From: Azolla caroliniana
Taxonomy: Eukaryota > Plantae > Polypodiophyta
NCBI GenBank assembly: GCA_043228905.1
Contig: JBHGNT010000013.1
Location: 14,756,001 to 14,820,000, forward strand
Reading direction: 5' to 3'
Length of the DNA stretch: 64,000 nucleotides
The position numbers and the translations under genes were made by a program. Below are positions 10,400 to 22,359 of this stretch, in pieces. The notes under the pieces are model-generated. The model did no database searches, was not told the DNA's origin, and saw only the letters and a list, made by a program, of their open reading frames with translations. Numbering within the stretch: the stretch's first letter is position 1; each line of letters starts with the position of its first letter.

Positions 10400-13300
10400 A
10401 TGGATAGAGGCATGGCGAGCTCGCTTCCAATAGAGAAGCTCGACAGAACCAACTACGCGTCTTGGTCCTACAAGTTGCACCAGTACCTGCTCGGGCATGG
10501 CTACTTGAGTTATGTCGAAGGAGCTAATGACGCGACACCCGAATCGACACACAGAGACTTCCCGTCGTGGGAGCAATCGGCGAGCAGGGTATTATACTGC
10601 TTCACGTCGTGTGTGGGGGAACAGCTATTGAGCTATGTTCGGGATGCAAAGACGCCGAAGGGTGCGTGGGAAAATCTGAAGAAGATTTTCGCCGTGAGCA
10701 CCACAGCCAGGAAGCTTCAACTCCGACAGGAGTTGAGCAACCGACGACAACGCGACTTGTCGGTGGCGGACTATACCTCGAAGATCAAGGATATCTGCGA
10801 GTCCCTCGCCTCCATAGAGGTGAACATCGAGGAGAGCGAGATGGTCCAAATTTGTCTCGGAGGCTTGGCGTCAAAGTTCGGAGCGTTCCGAAGGACTGTG
10901 TGTACCCGAGAGAATACGTCGTCCTTTTTCGACTTACAGTCAATGCTCCTGGTAGAGGAGAACCACGCGGGTGAGTCTACAAGCACGCACACCGACAGCA
11001 GAATGTTGTACATGGAGGGAGATAGGCCCTGTGGACGTGGAGGACGAGGCGAGTCGGCGCGCAATGGAGGCGGCCGACGAGATCAAGGAAGAAGGCACCG
11101 AAGTGATGTCGACAGCAACTCCGGACCCTTCGGAAACAGGGGGAGTCGAAGCGATGAGAACCGGCAAGGGAAGGCCATCGCGGAGTGCTGGTACTGTGGC
11201 AAGAAAGGCCACAGGGAAAGTGAGTGCTGGAAGAAGCGCGCCGATTCGGAGAGAACCGGTTCCGGAAACGGCTCCGAACATACCGACAAGGGAAATCGGC
11301 AACGATCGCACTACGCCGAAGACTCCGGGAGAGCCGGAGAAGGGTCTGCCTTCGTGACGAGACACGAAGCAAACTCAATGAAACGGACCACCCTGAGATC
11401 GGACGAGGTGTGGTACATAGACTCCGGCGCGTCAAATCACATGACGAGCCATAAGGAGTGGTTCTCGTACCTTGAAAAACCGATACAACCTGGAGTAGTC
11501 GCAACTGGAGACGACACTCCGCATCCGATCGCGAATGTAGGAGAAGTTCCCCTTAGCCATGTCGGGCAGAAAGGGAAACTCATGAATGTGCTGCACGTTC
11601 CGACAATCACGAAGACCTTGGTCTCGGTCGGACAAAGGGATGGAGGTTAGATTTACACACCTCGGGTGCTTCATTGAGGAAGAAGGCCGTGTGATTGCGC
11701 AAGGGCGCAGAGACGGGAGGATGTTCATCCTCGACTCCACTGACGGCGGCACCACAATGTTTGTGAAGGGACAAAAATCCGAGTCGGACATCGACTTGTG
11801 GCACAAGCGGATAAGCCATGTTAACTACCAGCGGCTTCAAGATCTGCAATTGAAACAGGTAGTGTTCGGATTGCCCAAATTTAGTGGCCGAAAGGCACAA
11901 ATTTGTGAAGCTTGCCAGCTCGGGAAGCAACACTGACTTCCTTTCCCCAACGAGCGAAACCGGAGCCGGAACAAGCTCGACCTTATACACTCCGATGTAT
12001 GGGGGCCGGCACAAAATGTTAGTCTTGGCGGGAGCCGATATTTCGTCTCCTTCATCGACGACCACACGCGGCACACGTGGATCTACCTCATTGAGAGGAC
12101 GAGCGAAGTCTTCGATTGTTTCCGGGACCTCAAAGGGTTCGTGGAAACGGAAACGGGACGAAAGATCAAGTGTCTGCGGTCGGATGGCGGGAAAGAGTAC
12201 TTTTCTGGTCAATTCAACAGTTATCTACAACAAATGGGAATTCGGCGCGAATTCAGTTGTAGATACACGCCGGAGCAGAACGGCGTGGCCGAGAGGAAGA
12301 ATTAGTCAGTTGTGGAAGCGGCACGGGCAATGCTGGAGGAGAAGAGCTTGCCCAAGTTCTACTGGGCCGAGGCGGTAAGGACCGCGGTATACATCCAGAA
12401 CCGGATCGGAGACAAAGTGTCGGCGCACGAGCTATATTTCGGAATGAAGCTAAACTTGCGACACTTGAGGGTGTTCGGTAGCATTGCGTATGTGCATGTA
12501 CCGAAGGAGAAAAGGAGGAAGTTGGACGCAAAGGCCGAGAAATGCATCTTGGTCGGTTACTCGGACGAGCAAAAGGGTTATAAGTGCTATAACCCTCGCA
12601 CCAAACAAGCGCGTGTTAGCCGCGATGTTGTGGTTGACGAGTCCGCGTCCTGGTACCAGCCCCCGACTCCGAACCCCGAATCCAATCTGAGTTCTGACGA
12701 TGAGGTCAGCGAGGCCGAGATGCCTCCGGATGAGCCCGAAATCGAGACCCGCGAAGAGAGTCCGATTTCACTCCATTTAACTAGACCGATTGGACGACTG
12801 AGTCGGTACGATCAGTCCTATGAAGAGCCGGGGAGTAGTGGAGACTCGGTCGTGCATTCCCCGCATAGGAAGCCGAGGAGACGACTTACGCGCAAAGAGA
12901 AAGGGAAGAAGAAGGTGTCGGATTCCGGCACGGATAAGAACGAGTCAGACCGACGCGAGTCCGACTCCGAGGGAACCTAAAGGTGAAGTCTGCGTCGACC
13001 GAGAAGGCCTCGACATCGGCTAATGTGAGATTATGCCGATCTACCCGCCAAAAGAATCCTATTTTGCGGTTCGGATACAACGAGTACATGGCGCATCATT
13101 ATGCGTACATGACCCGTGTAGCGGAAGTGCGTGAGCCGGAGAGCTACGCAGAAGCGGTTAAAGACGCGAATTGGCGTGCCGCGATGGAGGAAGAGATGCA
13201 CGCATTGGCGGAGAACGAGACTTGGGACCTAGTTGACACACCAACAAGGGTAAAACCGATCGAGTGTAGGTGGGTGTACAAGGTCAAGTACAACACCGAT

Positions 13301-15691
13301 GGCTCGGTCAACCGGTACAAGGCTCGGCTAGTGGCAAAGGGCTACGCGCAGAAACACGGCATCGACTACGATGAGACGTTTGCGCCGGTCGCGAAAACGA
13401 CGACCGTCTGTGTTTTGCTCGCAGTAGCTGCGGTGAAGGGGTGCCACTTACATCAGATGGATGTAAAAAATGCGTTCCTGCAAGGTGACCTTGAGGAACA
13501 GGTGTACATGGTACAGCCCCCCGAATTTCACTCTGGAACGAACTCCTCGGCAGTATGCCGACTAAAGAAGTTCCTTTACGGACTGAAGCAAGCCCCGCAT
13601 GCCTGGAACGCGAAGATCACGCAACAACTGCGTCGGATGGGCTTCGTCACGTCAAAATCGGACTCTTCCCTGTTCATCCGGAAAGGTCGACTCGGACCGG
13701 TTAGTATTTTACTATATGTTGATGACTTGGTCATCACCGGCGCCAACCTAGGTGAAATCGACCGCGTGAAGCTCCAGCTTGCGGCATCGTTCGACATGAA
13801 GGATATGGGGGACCTTCATTACTTCCTCGGGATCGAAGTGATCCGTACCCCTGAAGGCATATTGATCAGCCAACGTCATTACGTGTTGAGTATATATAGG
13901 TGTTGTGATCCTGAAAGTCATCGAGACTACCTATTCCATAGCTTATCTCTATTAGACGATCCGCGGCTGCCAATACGTCTTGTGGTAATGAAAATTGTTC
14001 TGTTTCGGGTACATCAAGAGCTAATTTAACGTTCAAATTTTGTCGACTGATCCGTCCTAATTCACATACATGCTGAAAAAATTGGACTGATGTTTCGTTC
14101 CACTGCTGCTGGAAAAGCCACCAAATTCGTTACTGACTGGAGAGCGGGAACGACTCACTATCTCGTCTTATTCTCAGAGGCGAGAATGCTCTCAAATGGC
14201 TAATGGTGCTTTCAACTAAAGTTCCATTTCTTAACACAACGAGGCTTATACTGTTTATTCGTACGACAATGCGCGACGCTCCACTATCCCATTGAAAAAG
14301 GATTCCGCAATCGGGACGGAAGGGTACGGAGCGAGGTATTATAAAGCATTGCTTTATGGCAGCCAAAGAAAAGAAAAGAGAAGAAGCGGTTTTCATCATC
14401 ATGCATGAAGGCACGCGTATGATCTTCAAATTCGGGATGGCCGACTGTAAGTCCGTCTCGACTCCTCTAGACAGAACCGTCAAGCTTCGTCCCGATACGG
14501 GAAAGGTATGCGACCCGACGAGGTTCCGACAAATTGTCGGAAGCCTCATATACTTGACCATCACCCGACCCGACCTCAGTTATCCGGTCGGAATGATCAG
14601 TCAGTTCATGGCGCGACCTACCAAGGAGCACCTTCAGTGTGCGCAACGCATACTTCGGTATGTCAACGGCACTAAGGTACGGGGACTTCTATATCGGACC
14701 GGTGCAGCCGCGCAGTTAGTCGGCTACACCGATGCTGATTGGGCTGGCAACGCCGCCGATCGCCGATCCACATCCGGATACGCGTTCTCCCTCGGGAGTG
14801 CCGCGATCGCGTGGAGCAGTAAGAAGCAGCCGACAGTTGCACTGTCGAGCACCGAAGCTGAGTACCGAGGAGTGGCTGTCGCGACATGCAAAGCCATATG
14901 GTTGAAGCGGCTACTTAAGGACCTGCAAGAGGAGGTGTCAGATCCGACGACGATCTACTGTGACAACCTCAATAGCATCCAGCTCGCGAAAAACCCCGTT
15001 TTCCACGCACGGACCAAGCACATTGAGGTGCACGTACGTTCCGACGGATCGGCAGACTGCCGACATCTTCACCAAGCCTCTTGGTCTGGACAAGTTACGG
15101 CAATTCTCAGGTGCGCTCGGATTGCGTCACCTCGACGTGCCAAACTTGAGGGGGAGAACAATCCCGAACGACCAAGCAAGGCAGCAGGAAAGGAGCGGAG
15201 ACCGCGACACCGAGTCGGTTGACTCGGTTGTCGAGTTCGACTTCGGATCGGCTGAAGAAGCCGAGGGCGGACCCGCGGAAAAGTCTGGAAGCGGACAGAA
15301 GGGGAGCAGCCGAAGGAGAGAGCCAAAGCCAACCACACATGGGGAAGATGACGCCATCGAGGGCGAGAAGACCGAAGACAAGTTGGAGACAGCCAACTCG
15401 GACGAGAGTGAAAACCGATCGGAGGTAGCCGAGTCGGTTCGGATGTTTGATTCAGATACGCTAAATCAACCGAGGCCCAAGCGGAAGAAAAGGCAGCAGG
15501 AGAAGCGTCAACACCACAACAGCAGAAGAGCTGATAAGGGCCACATGAGCAGACAAGCCGACCGGAAGGGTCAAAGCGCGCGGAGTCAAACAGGTCGTGG
15601 AGCGCGAGCTAGGCGTGAAGCCAGGAGGAACCGGAGCTATGAGCTCGAAGATCCCGAAGAGCCTCAAGTTGAGCTTGAGGGGGAGTGTTGA
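10400..15691 (+). pseudogene. copia-2 gag-pol polyprotein, broken by frameshifts, stops and one insertion
   Basis: ORFs 10400-11650, 11586-11936, 12312-12980, 12983-14029, 14356-15222 and 14960-15691 carry consecutive copia domains. Confidence 0.92.
13894..14416 (-). pseudogene. rpoB: Plastid-derived rpoB fragment (NUPT-like insertion) inside the copia-2 RT
   Basis: Minus strand ~14081-13914 reads [55 protein letters not shown], matching recalled plastid RpoB [51 protein letters not shown]. Flanked by a GTAT direct repeat; removal restores HYVLSMIFKFG. Confidence 0.82.
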
Positions 15692-16139
15692 GAGACAAGC
15701 TCAACATCGGCCGGATCGGCTGAAGAAGCCGAGGACCGGATCGGTTGGGACCGATCGGTTAGGCCGAATGTGTAAACCGGTACGCAGACCGGTGCGTAGG
15801 TAGGGCCGGATCGATGCATAAACCGAGAGGCCGTTAGGAAAGATATTCCCTGAGGAATATATTTGGGAGTTAGTGTAGGAGCTCTTAATGAGTATTGAAG
15901 TACTGTCAGTACTTCGGTCAGTCCTTCTAGGACTTGTATAAAAGTGTTCATTGAACACACATATGTATAGAGTGTAGTGAATAGAGATTGAGTATTTTTT
16001 GAATATACCTTTTGTGTTTCCCTCTCTCACTCTCTCTGTCTCTCCCACGTATACTGCGTGAGCTCAAGCTCTCCATTAAACCTGAGTTTTCTTCCTTCTG
16101 TTCGGTCTTCATACTTGCTTCCACACGTTACTTTTTACA
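15686..16139 (+). repeat. 3' LTR of copia-2
   Basis: Follows PPT GAGGGGGAG and has TG...CA ends. Its last 168 bp match 10160-10327 with about 5 mismatches. Confidence 0.93.
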
Positions 16140-19100
16140 GTGAACATACCAGAGTAATCTTCGAATGTCAAGCACACGGTGCTTGCTTGAGTCCATACAA
16201 TGGCTTCTTGAGCGGCAGACTGTGGTCAGATGGTTGGTCTATTCGAAACCAGGTGGTTGGATCATGAAGACCTCCTCTTCTAATTTTCCTTGAAGAAAAA
16301 CGTTATTTACATCCATTTGTTGGTGGTGCCACCCTTTTGCTGCTGCAAGTGCAATCAAACCGTTTTCATCTTTGGCACTAGGGCAAAGGTCTCCTCATAG
16401 TCGGGCTTTACAACAATTGACTGAGCCGTTGGCATTATACTTCACCTTGAATATCTATCTGCAGGTGAGTGGGGGACGAGATCTCATGCCTCATTCTTAG
16501 AGAGAGCTTGCATCTCCTTGTTCATCGCTTCAACCCATCGTGGATCTTTAGCGGCTTTGGCAAAGCTTTCTAGTTCACGAGCAACTTCCACCTTCATCGT
16601 AAAGGCATAATGGTATGCCATGTAGTTGTTATAGCCAAATCGACTAACTGGATTCTTCTCATAGGTGGAACGTCGGAGTTTTTCATTTGCCGTGGGAATG
16701 GCTTTCTACACACTAGGTATCCTCATAATAGGCACATCAAAGCCACTGAATTCACTATCGAGTGAGTGAGATGATTCATTGTCGTCGGATTGATAGTCTT
16801 CATATTCTGGCATTTTTTCCCTTCCTTTGTCCGATTTCAGACTTGATTGTGACATGCTTTGCTCGCATGGAGGCTCTTGTGGCCCATAGACCCTAGTCGT
16901 GATCGGGCTTTGTTCTATTAGATGCCATGGTCGACCGATGTCTTCTATCTCTTGGTTGATTGGAGTCATCATCGGAGTCGATTCTAGTTTGTACCATGAT
17001 GTCGACTCATCGAAAACGACGTCTTGACTCACTCGAACTTTTTGGGTAGATGAATTATAACACTTGTACCCTTTTTGTTCGAGTGAGTACCCTACGAGGA
17101 TACATTTCTCCGAGTCGAATATCCTGATGTGGGATAAATCTAGCTTCTTCTCGAAAAACGTCTCGTGGGGCGTCATGCATTCTCGTTGTTGTGCACCAAT
17201 TCATGAGGTAGACGACAATATTTGCCGCTTTTGCCCAATACGACTTTGGCAGATTCTTTTCGTTCATCATTTCCCTTGCTACTTCGAGGATGTGCCGATT
17301 TTTGCGTTCGGCCACTTCGTTCTGTTGTGATGTGTGTCTGCACGTAAACTCTCACCAAATTCCTTCTTTCTGGGGATAAGCCGAAAATTCGTCAGAGAAG
17401 TCCTCTTTTCCTCAGTCCGACCGAAGGCATCTAACATGCCGGCTTGTTTTTTTCGACTCCACTTTTGAATTTTTGGAAGTGTGCGAGCACGTCACTCTTC
17501 TGCCTCATGGGAAAGATCTAGGTGTGCCTGGAGAAGTCGTCGATAAAGGTAACATAGTATCAACATCCTCTGAATGTTGTCGTCTGAGCAGGTCCCCACA
17601 CATATGAATGGATTACATCCAATAGGCCTTTGCTTACATTCCTTTCCGTCAAGAATGGGTGTCGATGTTGCTTACGGAATGGGCAAACTTCACATACAAC
17701 ATTGATTTCCTTTCCTTTAAATGTAGGGAGTCTCATGATGTCTCCTTTTGATTGTATCCCCTTGAGCGTTTGGATTTTGATGTGGACGATTCTTTTGTGC
17801 CACAATTCAAGGTTGGCGTCAGCTTTATGAACTTTTGCAAATGTGGCTGATTTTACCTCATTTGACGCGAGGATAAACATTTAACCTTCCCTTCAACCAC
17901 AAGCGATGAGTCGGCCTTCCTTCGCAATGAAGCAACCGCCTTGGTTGAATTGGACTTGCATGCCTTGCTCCACAATTTGGCCGACCGAGACCAAATTCTT
18001 CATTATGGTCTGAATGTGCAAGACATTCTTATTGTCTTCATTCCCGAATGGGACGTTGCCGACATGCCAAATGGGGTGAGTGGTATCATCTCCGGTCTCG
18101 ACATAGCAAGGTCGATCCGGTTTTCATAGGTCTCGTAACCATTATTGATGAGACGTCATATGGTTTGATGCACTGAAGCTAACAAACCATTCGTCTTCCG
18201 AATTGGAGGTGTGGGTCGAGCCGCGAGGTCGACATAGAGTTCACTCTATGTCTCATTACAAATAATGCACCATAGTCTTATTGGTGAGTTGCCGATTTGT
18301 AGAGCTGACTCACTCTTCTTCTTTCAACACTCCTCTTCATGGTGACCGATTTTGCCACAATATCCACATTTGATGGGGTTGTTTTATCCGTTTGGCCCAG
18401 CATGGAAGCTCCCCCTTCTTTTGAATGTTCCTTGATTGTTTCCGCTTTCTTGCCGAAATTGGTAGTTGTTTGCATAGGTCAAACCTCGCCCGCCTCGTCC
18501 TTCACTGAATCAACCTCTTCTAGAATGACCACATCCTCTTCCTCCATCCGAGTGTGTGTAGAGCATGTGGCCTTCTAAGGCATTGCTCTTGGTTCGAACA
18601 TGGTTTTTCTTCAACCAATAACATTGATTGAAGATCGAAGAAAGAGGGAGGAGTCTCTCTTGCTAGTATGATGGTTCCCATTGCGTTGAACCATCGTGCA
18701 GGGTTGCCTAGGCATATTTGCACCATCTCATCATCCTCCACATTGACACTTATTGAGCCAAGTGAATCACAAAGCTCCATGATCTTCAAGGTGTCGCTTG
18801 TGATGGACATGTCCCTTTGTTGGACATTGTTGAACTCTGGGCATAGTTAAACCTTTCGTGTCGTCGTATTGGCGGCAAATATTTGCTTGAGATTCTTCCA
18901 AGCTTCTTTCAATGACTTGGTTTCTCAAATGTAGCCAATCCTATGGTCATGGACAAATGTTGCCAAGAAATATATCACTTAGCTTGGCACTTGCTCCCAT
19001 GTTGAGTAGTCAGCATCCTTTGGGTAGGACAAGGCTATTGGGGGCATCTTGTAAATTCCCACGATGCAAAGATATTTCGATCCAACTTCACCTGGGAAGA

Positions 19101-19313
19101 GAGATACCATTTGAGTATTCATCATGGTCGATGTAGATTTCCTTCTTCTTTTTCTTTTCTCTCAGAAACGAGCTATGTAGTGGCACGAAGATCGCGAAGA
19201 GCCGGTTCTTCTTGAATCGTCGGTGTAGAACACAACACATGAGGATGGGCTAGATTGAGCTACCAAGTCACTTTGCTACCATGTAAAGAATCGAGTGTGA
19301 TTCTATGCAGTGG
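16140..19313 (-). mobile_element. Older Ty1/copia element copia-3 (gag to N-terminal RT), heavily degenerate
   Basis: Minus-strand gag (SFFDLQSMLL), GAG-pre-integrase (LELWHKRI), rve (AERKNRHILEVAR) and RT start (KKPLYGLKQAP). Degenerate PBS TGGTAGCAAAG 19271-19281; 32-bp LTR remnant 19282-19313. Confidence 0.88.
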
Positions 19314-19727
19314 TGTCGTGTAGGATTCCGGCCACAAAGGGAAAGAGTCACCAGATGTGTGTGAATGGTGGGTTGCATGTATGCACATGAACTCGACTTA
19401 ATGTACAAAATAAATGTAAATATAAAGTATTAATAAGTACAAGACAAGAGTATTTAATAGGTACTTTAAGGATCCCACAAAAAGAGGGAATAATAGTGAA
19501 CGATGGGAGGAAATCATGGGAGACTCAGTGACAGAAACAGTTGTTATAACTACTAATATAGCCCACCCTCCTTGAGCCATATAAAAGGAGGGGAGGAAGA
19601 CCGTTTTAGGAATCCATCATTTTGGGAGGGGAAGGCAATGTCGGTTTTCTGTTCTATGCTGATTCAAATAGCTAGGGTGAGGCCTCTGCTCGTGTAGGAA
19701 GCCCATGTGCTCCCAAACAAAGGCTCA

Positions 19728-19765
<38 letters not shown>

Positions 19766-19862
19766 CGCGCGCGCGCTCAAAGAGCTCAAAGCTCTGTAAC
19801 CGGCCTAAGGCCGGCCTTGTATTTGGTTTCCTTTGTTTGATTGATATTGGGTTTACTATATC

Positions 19863-19901
<39 letters not shown>

Positions 19902-20213
19902 GTTTCGGTCTCTCTGTGTGGTGTCAACGTTTGTATCTTGTTTGTGGTGTCAAGAGGTGTCGCGTCTCCCATCCTTCGTTTTGTGTATTTACTTGAGTCT
20001 GCAAGCCTGTGTGCTCATTTCCCAGAATCCTGCAATAGGGTCAGACCAAATATAGGTTCTACAAGCCCATGTGCTCGGTAAAGGACTATGGTAACGAGCT
20101 AAGTAATTGTTGGTTACTGTAAGCTTAATAGTCGCTCTTCCCTCGACTCCCTAGTCCAAGACCCCAATGGTCCACTTGATCCAAAATGTACACGTGGATA
20201 TCCGCAACATCTT

Positions 20214-20231
20214 TGGTGAACCCAACGTGAA
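20214..20231 (+). promoter_or_regulatory. Primer binding site, tRNA-Trp
   Basis: TGGTGAACCCAACGTGAA, 17/18 to the tRNA-Trp 3' complement. The consensus with the gypsy-1 PBS is a perfect match. Confidence 0.85.
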
Positions 20232-22316
20232 GAGGCGGTAGGGGAACTACAATGAGGGAAGGCGAGCTCGCAGAAGCCATGGAGGTTGTTGACCGCATGG
20301 TAAACGCATGAGAAAGCTCCACAGGCCTCGATAAGGCCATCGAAACAATAGTTGGTACTTTGGGCCGATGTAACGGGAAGGACGTCTTGAACTACCTGGA
20401 GGCCTTCAAGGCCGAGATGTTGATGAGAGACGTTCCAAACGACAGACGAATGTCCAAATTTTCCCGAGACGTCACTCTTAGCATCCACGTAGAGGTGTTG
20501 GAACTACAAGCCGATTGTTGGAATTGGTTGGAGTTCGAGCGAATCCTTAAATAATATTGCTTTGATGACTCGCTCTGATTGTCAAAGAGGGAGCTCATGG
20601 AGTATGTCAAACTCCCCGGAAAGAGGAGGAACACGACGGTACTCCTCCAAGTGTTTGAGAAGCGGTTTGTCCGACTATCGGCGTTGGACTGGACCGTGCT
20701 TGACACGAGCAAGATCCTATTATTCATCAAATCGGTGGACTCGCGAGACCATGAGAAGGTGGGTCTTCTCTTGGAGATGGATGAGGGACTCACGACCAAC
20801 TGAACGGTGGTAAGGTGAGTGTGCATCCGTTTCGATAAACGACAGGAATGGAATGATGAGGGGATGGTGTCGGCCAGCCTGACCATGGGAGGGATAACGA
20901 GGGAGGTGCCGACTTGGCCGAACGAGGCGAGAAGGTAGACCAACTTGTGCCCAGTTCCGACCAACATGCTCGAGGGATCGTTCGGGGGTGCAAAGTCCAA
21001 ATCTCTCAAGCTCGAAGGGATGGTGGGGGTCAAATGTGCTACAAATGCCCACCCAATGGTCTTAGGTGCATGTGGTGTGATGGTGTCGACCACATCTGGA
21101 GGGACTAAGCCAACTTCTCCGAGGCACGGAGGAACAAAGCCATGTAGCTTTGGAACGGTCAGTACACGCGCGAGAAACACGAAGACATATAGATATGAAC
21201 ATCGGACGAGGCAACATGAAGAGGATAATGGAGGAGGCTACGACACAACAAGTCAAGGTCGTCCACTACTCAAAGGCATCCGAATAGGAGGGGAGAAGAA
21301 CACTGGCTCTGGAAATGACACCAGATTTTGGCTAGTTATACTTGAAGGCTTCTCCGGGAAGAAGGAGGAGGTGGATTGCGTGGAGAGGTGGGTTCAAGAG
21401 GTCACAGGACGAAGCGATCCATTGGAGGAGAGCATCGACTTCGTAGAAGCTACATGCCAGAACTACGACGTTCTGGTGGAAGACAAACGGGTCGAGACGA
21501 CTGGAGGGGCCAGCTCTTCAAGAAAGTACGATACCCGGATCGAGCCGAAGAAGAATGACGGTGGCCCGACCGACCCACAAGAGAAGGAAAAGGGAAAGTT
21601 TTCGGGCTTCCGACTAAGCTCAGAGGTAGAGAAGTCGACAACCTACGAAAGGTTTTAGAGAAGAGAATCCTCGATAGTCGGGTGGAATTCTCATTATGGG
21701 AGGTGCTAGGCATAGCCAAGAGAGTTCCATGACACCATAATCAACCTACTAAAGAGGAAGCGGCTCTCGACTGAGCCAGAGAATGAGAAACCGGTCAAGT
21801 AAGAATGACACACCTTGACGAAGTGGCTGGAGAGGATGAATATGCCGATAGCCACTACATGAGGCCTCATTGGGGAAGGTCTACGACAGAGACTCTCATA
21901 CGGATTAGAGATGTTAAAGAACGAGTCGTAGCACCGATCGACCATGTATCGGGAATTAATCTGATGTCCATGGACTTCTACAAGAAAGGAAAGTGGCCGA
22001 TCAACACCAAGCATGGGTGGAAGATACTCGTTGCGACCCGTCCTATAGAAGAGCTTCACAGTGCATGCCTGAATGTCCGAGTGAAGGTCAGTGACGTCGA
22101 GATCTAACAACTCTTCTTCGTGCAGGAGTCGTCGTCCCATTCGGTGATCTTAGGAGAGCCATACATTACAACGGCCAGGATGGAGATGAAGGTGCTAGAT
22201 AATGGGTCGGCATATGCATGGGTGAAGAGCCAGGATGGGAGGCACTCCCTCGAATTCCTAATGGTTAGGCCAAACCATGAGCGCAATAGGGATTCCCTTG
22301 GCTGCGAAGGCCAAGA

Positions 22317-22359
22317 GGATTTTTAAAGAGGACTATCAAGCCATGGGGCCATGGTAGTC
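22317..22359 (+). promoter_or_regulatory. Putative -1 frameshift signal, gypsy-2
   Basis: G GAT TTT TAA, 7-nt spacer TAAAGAG, hairpin GACTATCA-A-GCC-ATGG-GGC-CA-TGGTAGTC. The -1 frame peptide is homologous to that of gypsy-1. Confidence 0.72.

Larger units (their letters stand above)
10160..16139 (+). mobile_element. Ty1/copia LTR retrotransposon copia-2, near full length (5' LTR truncated)
   Basis: 5' LTR remnant 10160-10327, PBS-iMet TGGTATCAGAGC 10328-10339, gag-PR ORF 10400-11650, integrase, RT (HQMDVKNAFL, LYVDD), RNase H (GYTDADWAG), PPT 15677-15685, 3' LTR 15686-16139 (TGTTG...TTACA). Confidence 0.96.

Noticed and set aside
1-12680. copia-1 and copia-2 as one giant inverted-repeat element
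   Set aside because: Their LTRs are clearly diverged and each has its own PBS, so they are independent insertions of one family.
13894-14416. Group II or spliceosomal intron in the copia RT
   Set aside because: No GT-AG or GUGYG...AY ends and no domain V. The insert encodes RpoB-like sequence and has a 4-nt flanking duplication.
14960-15691. env-like extra ORF in copia-2
   Set aside because: It is in frame with the RNase H end, hydrophilic and has no transmembrane segment.
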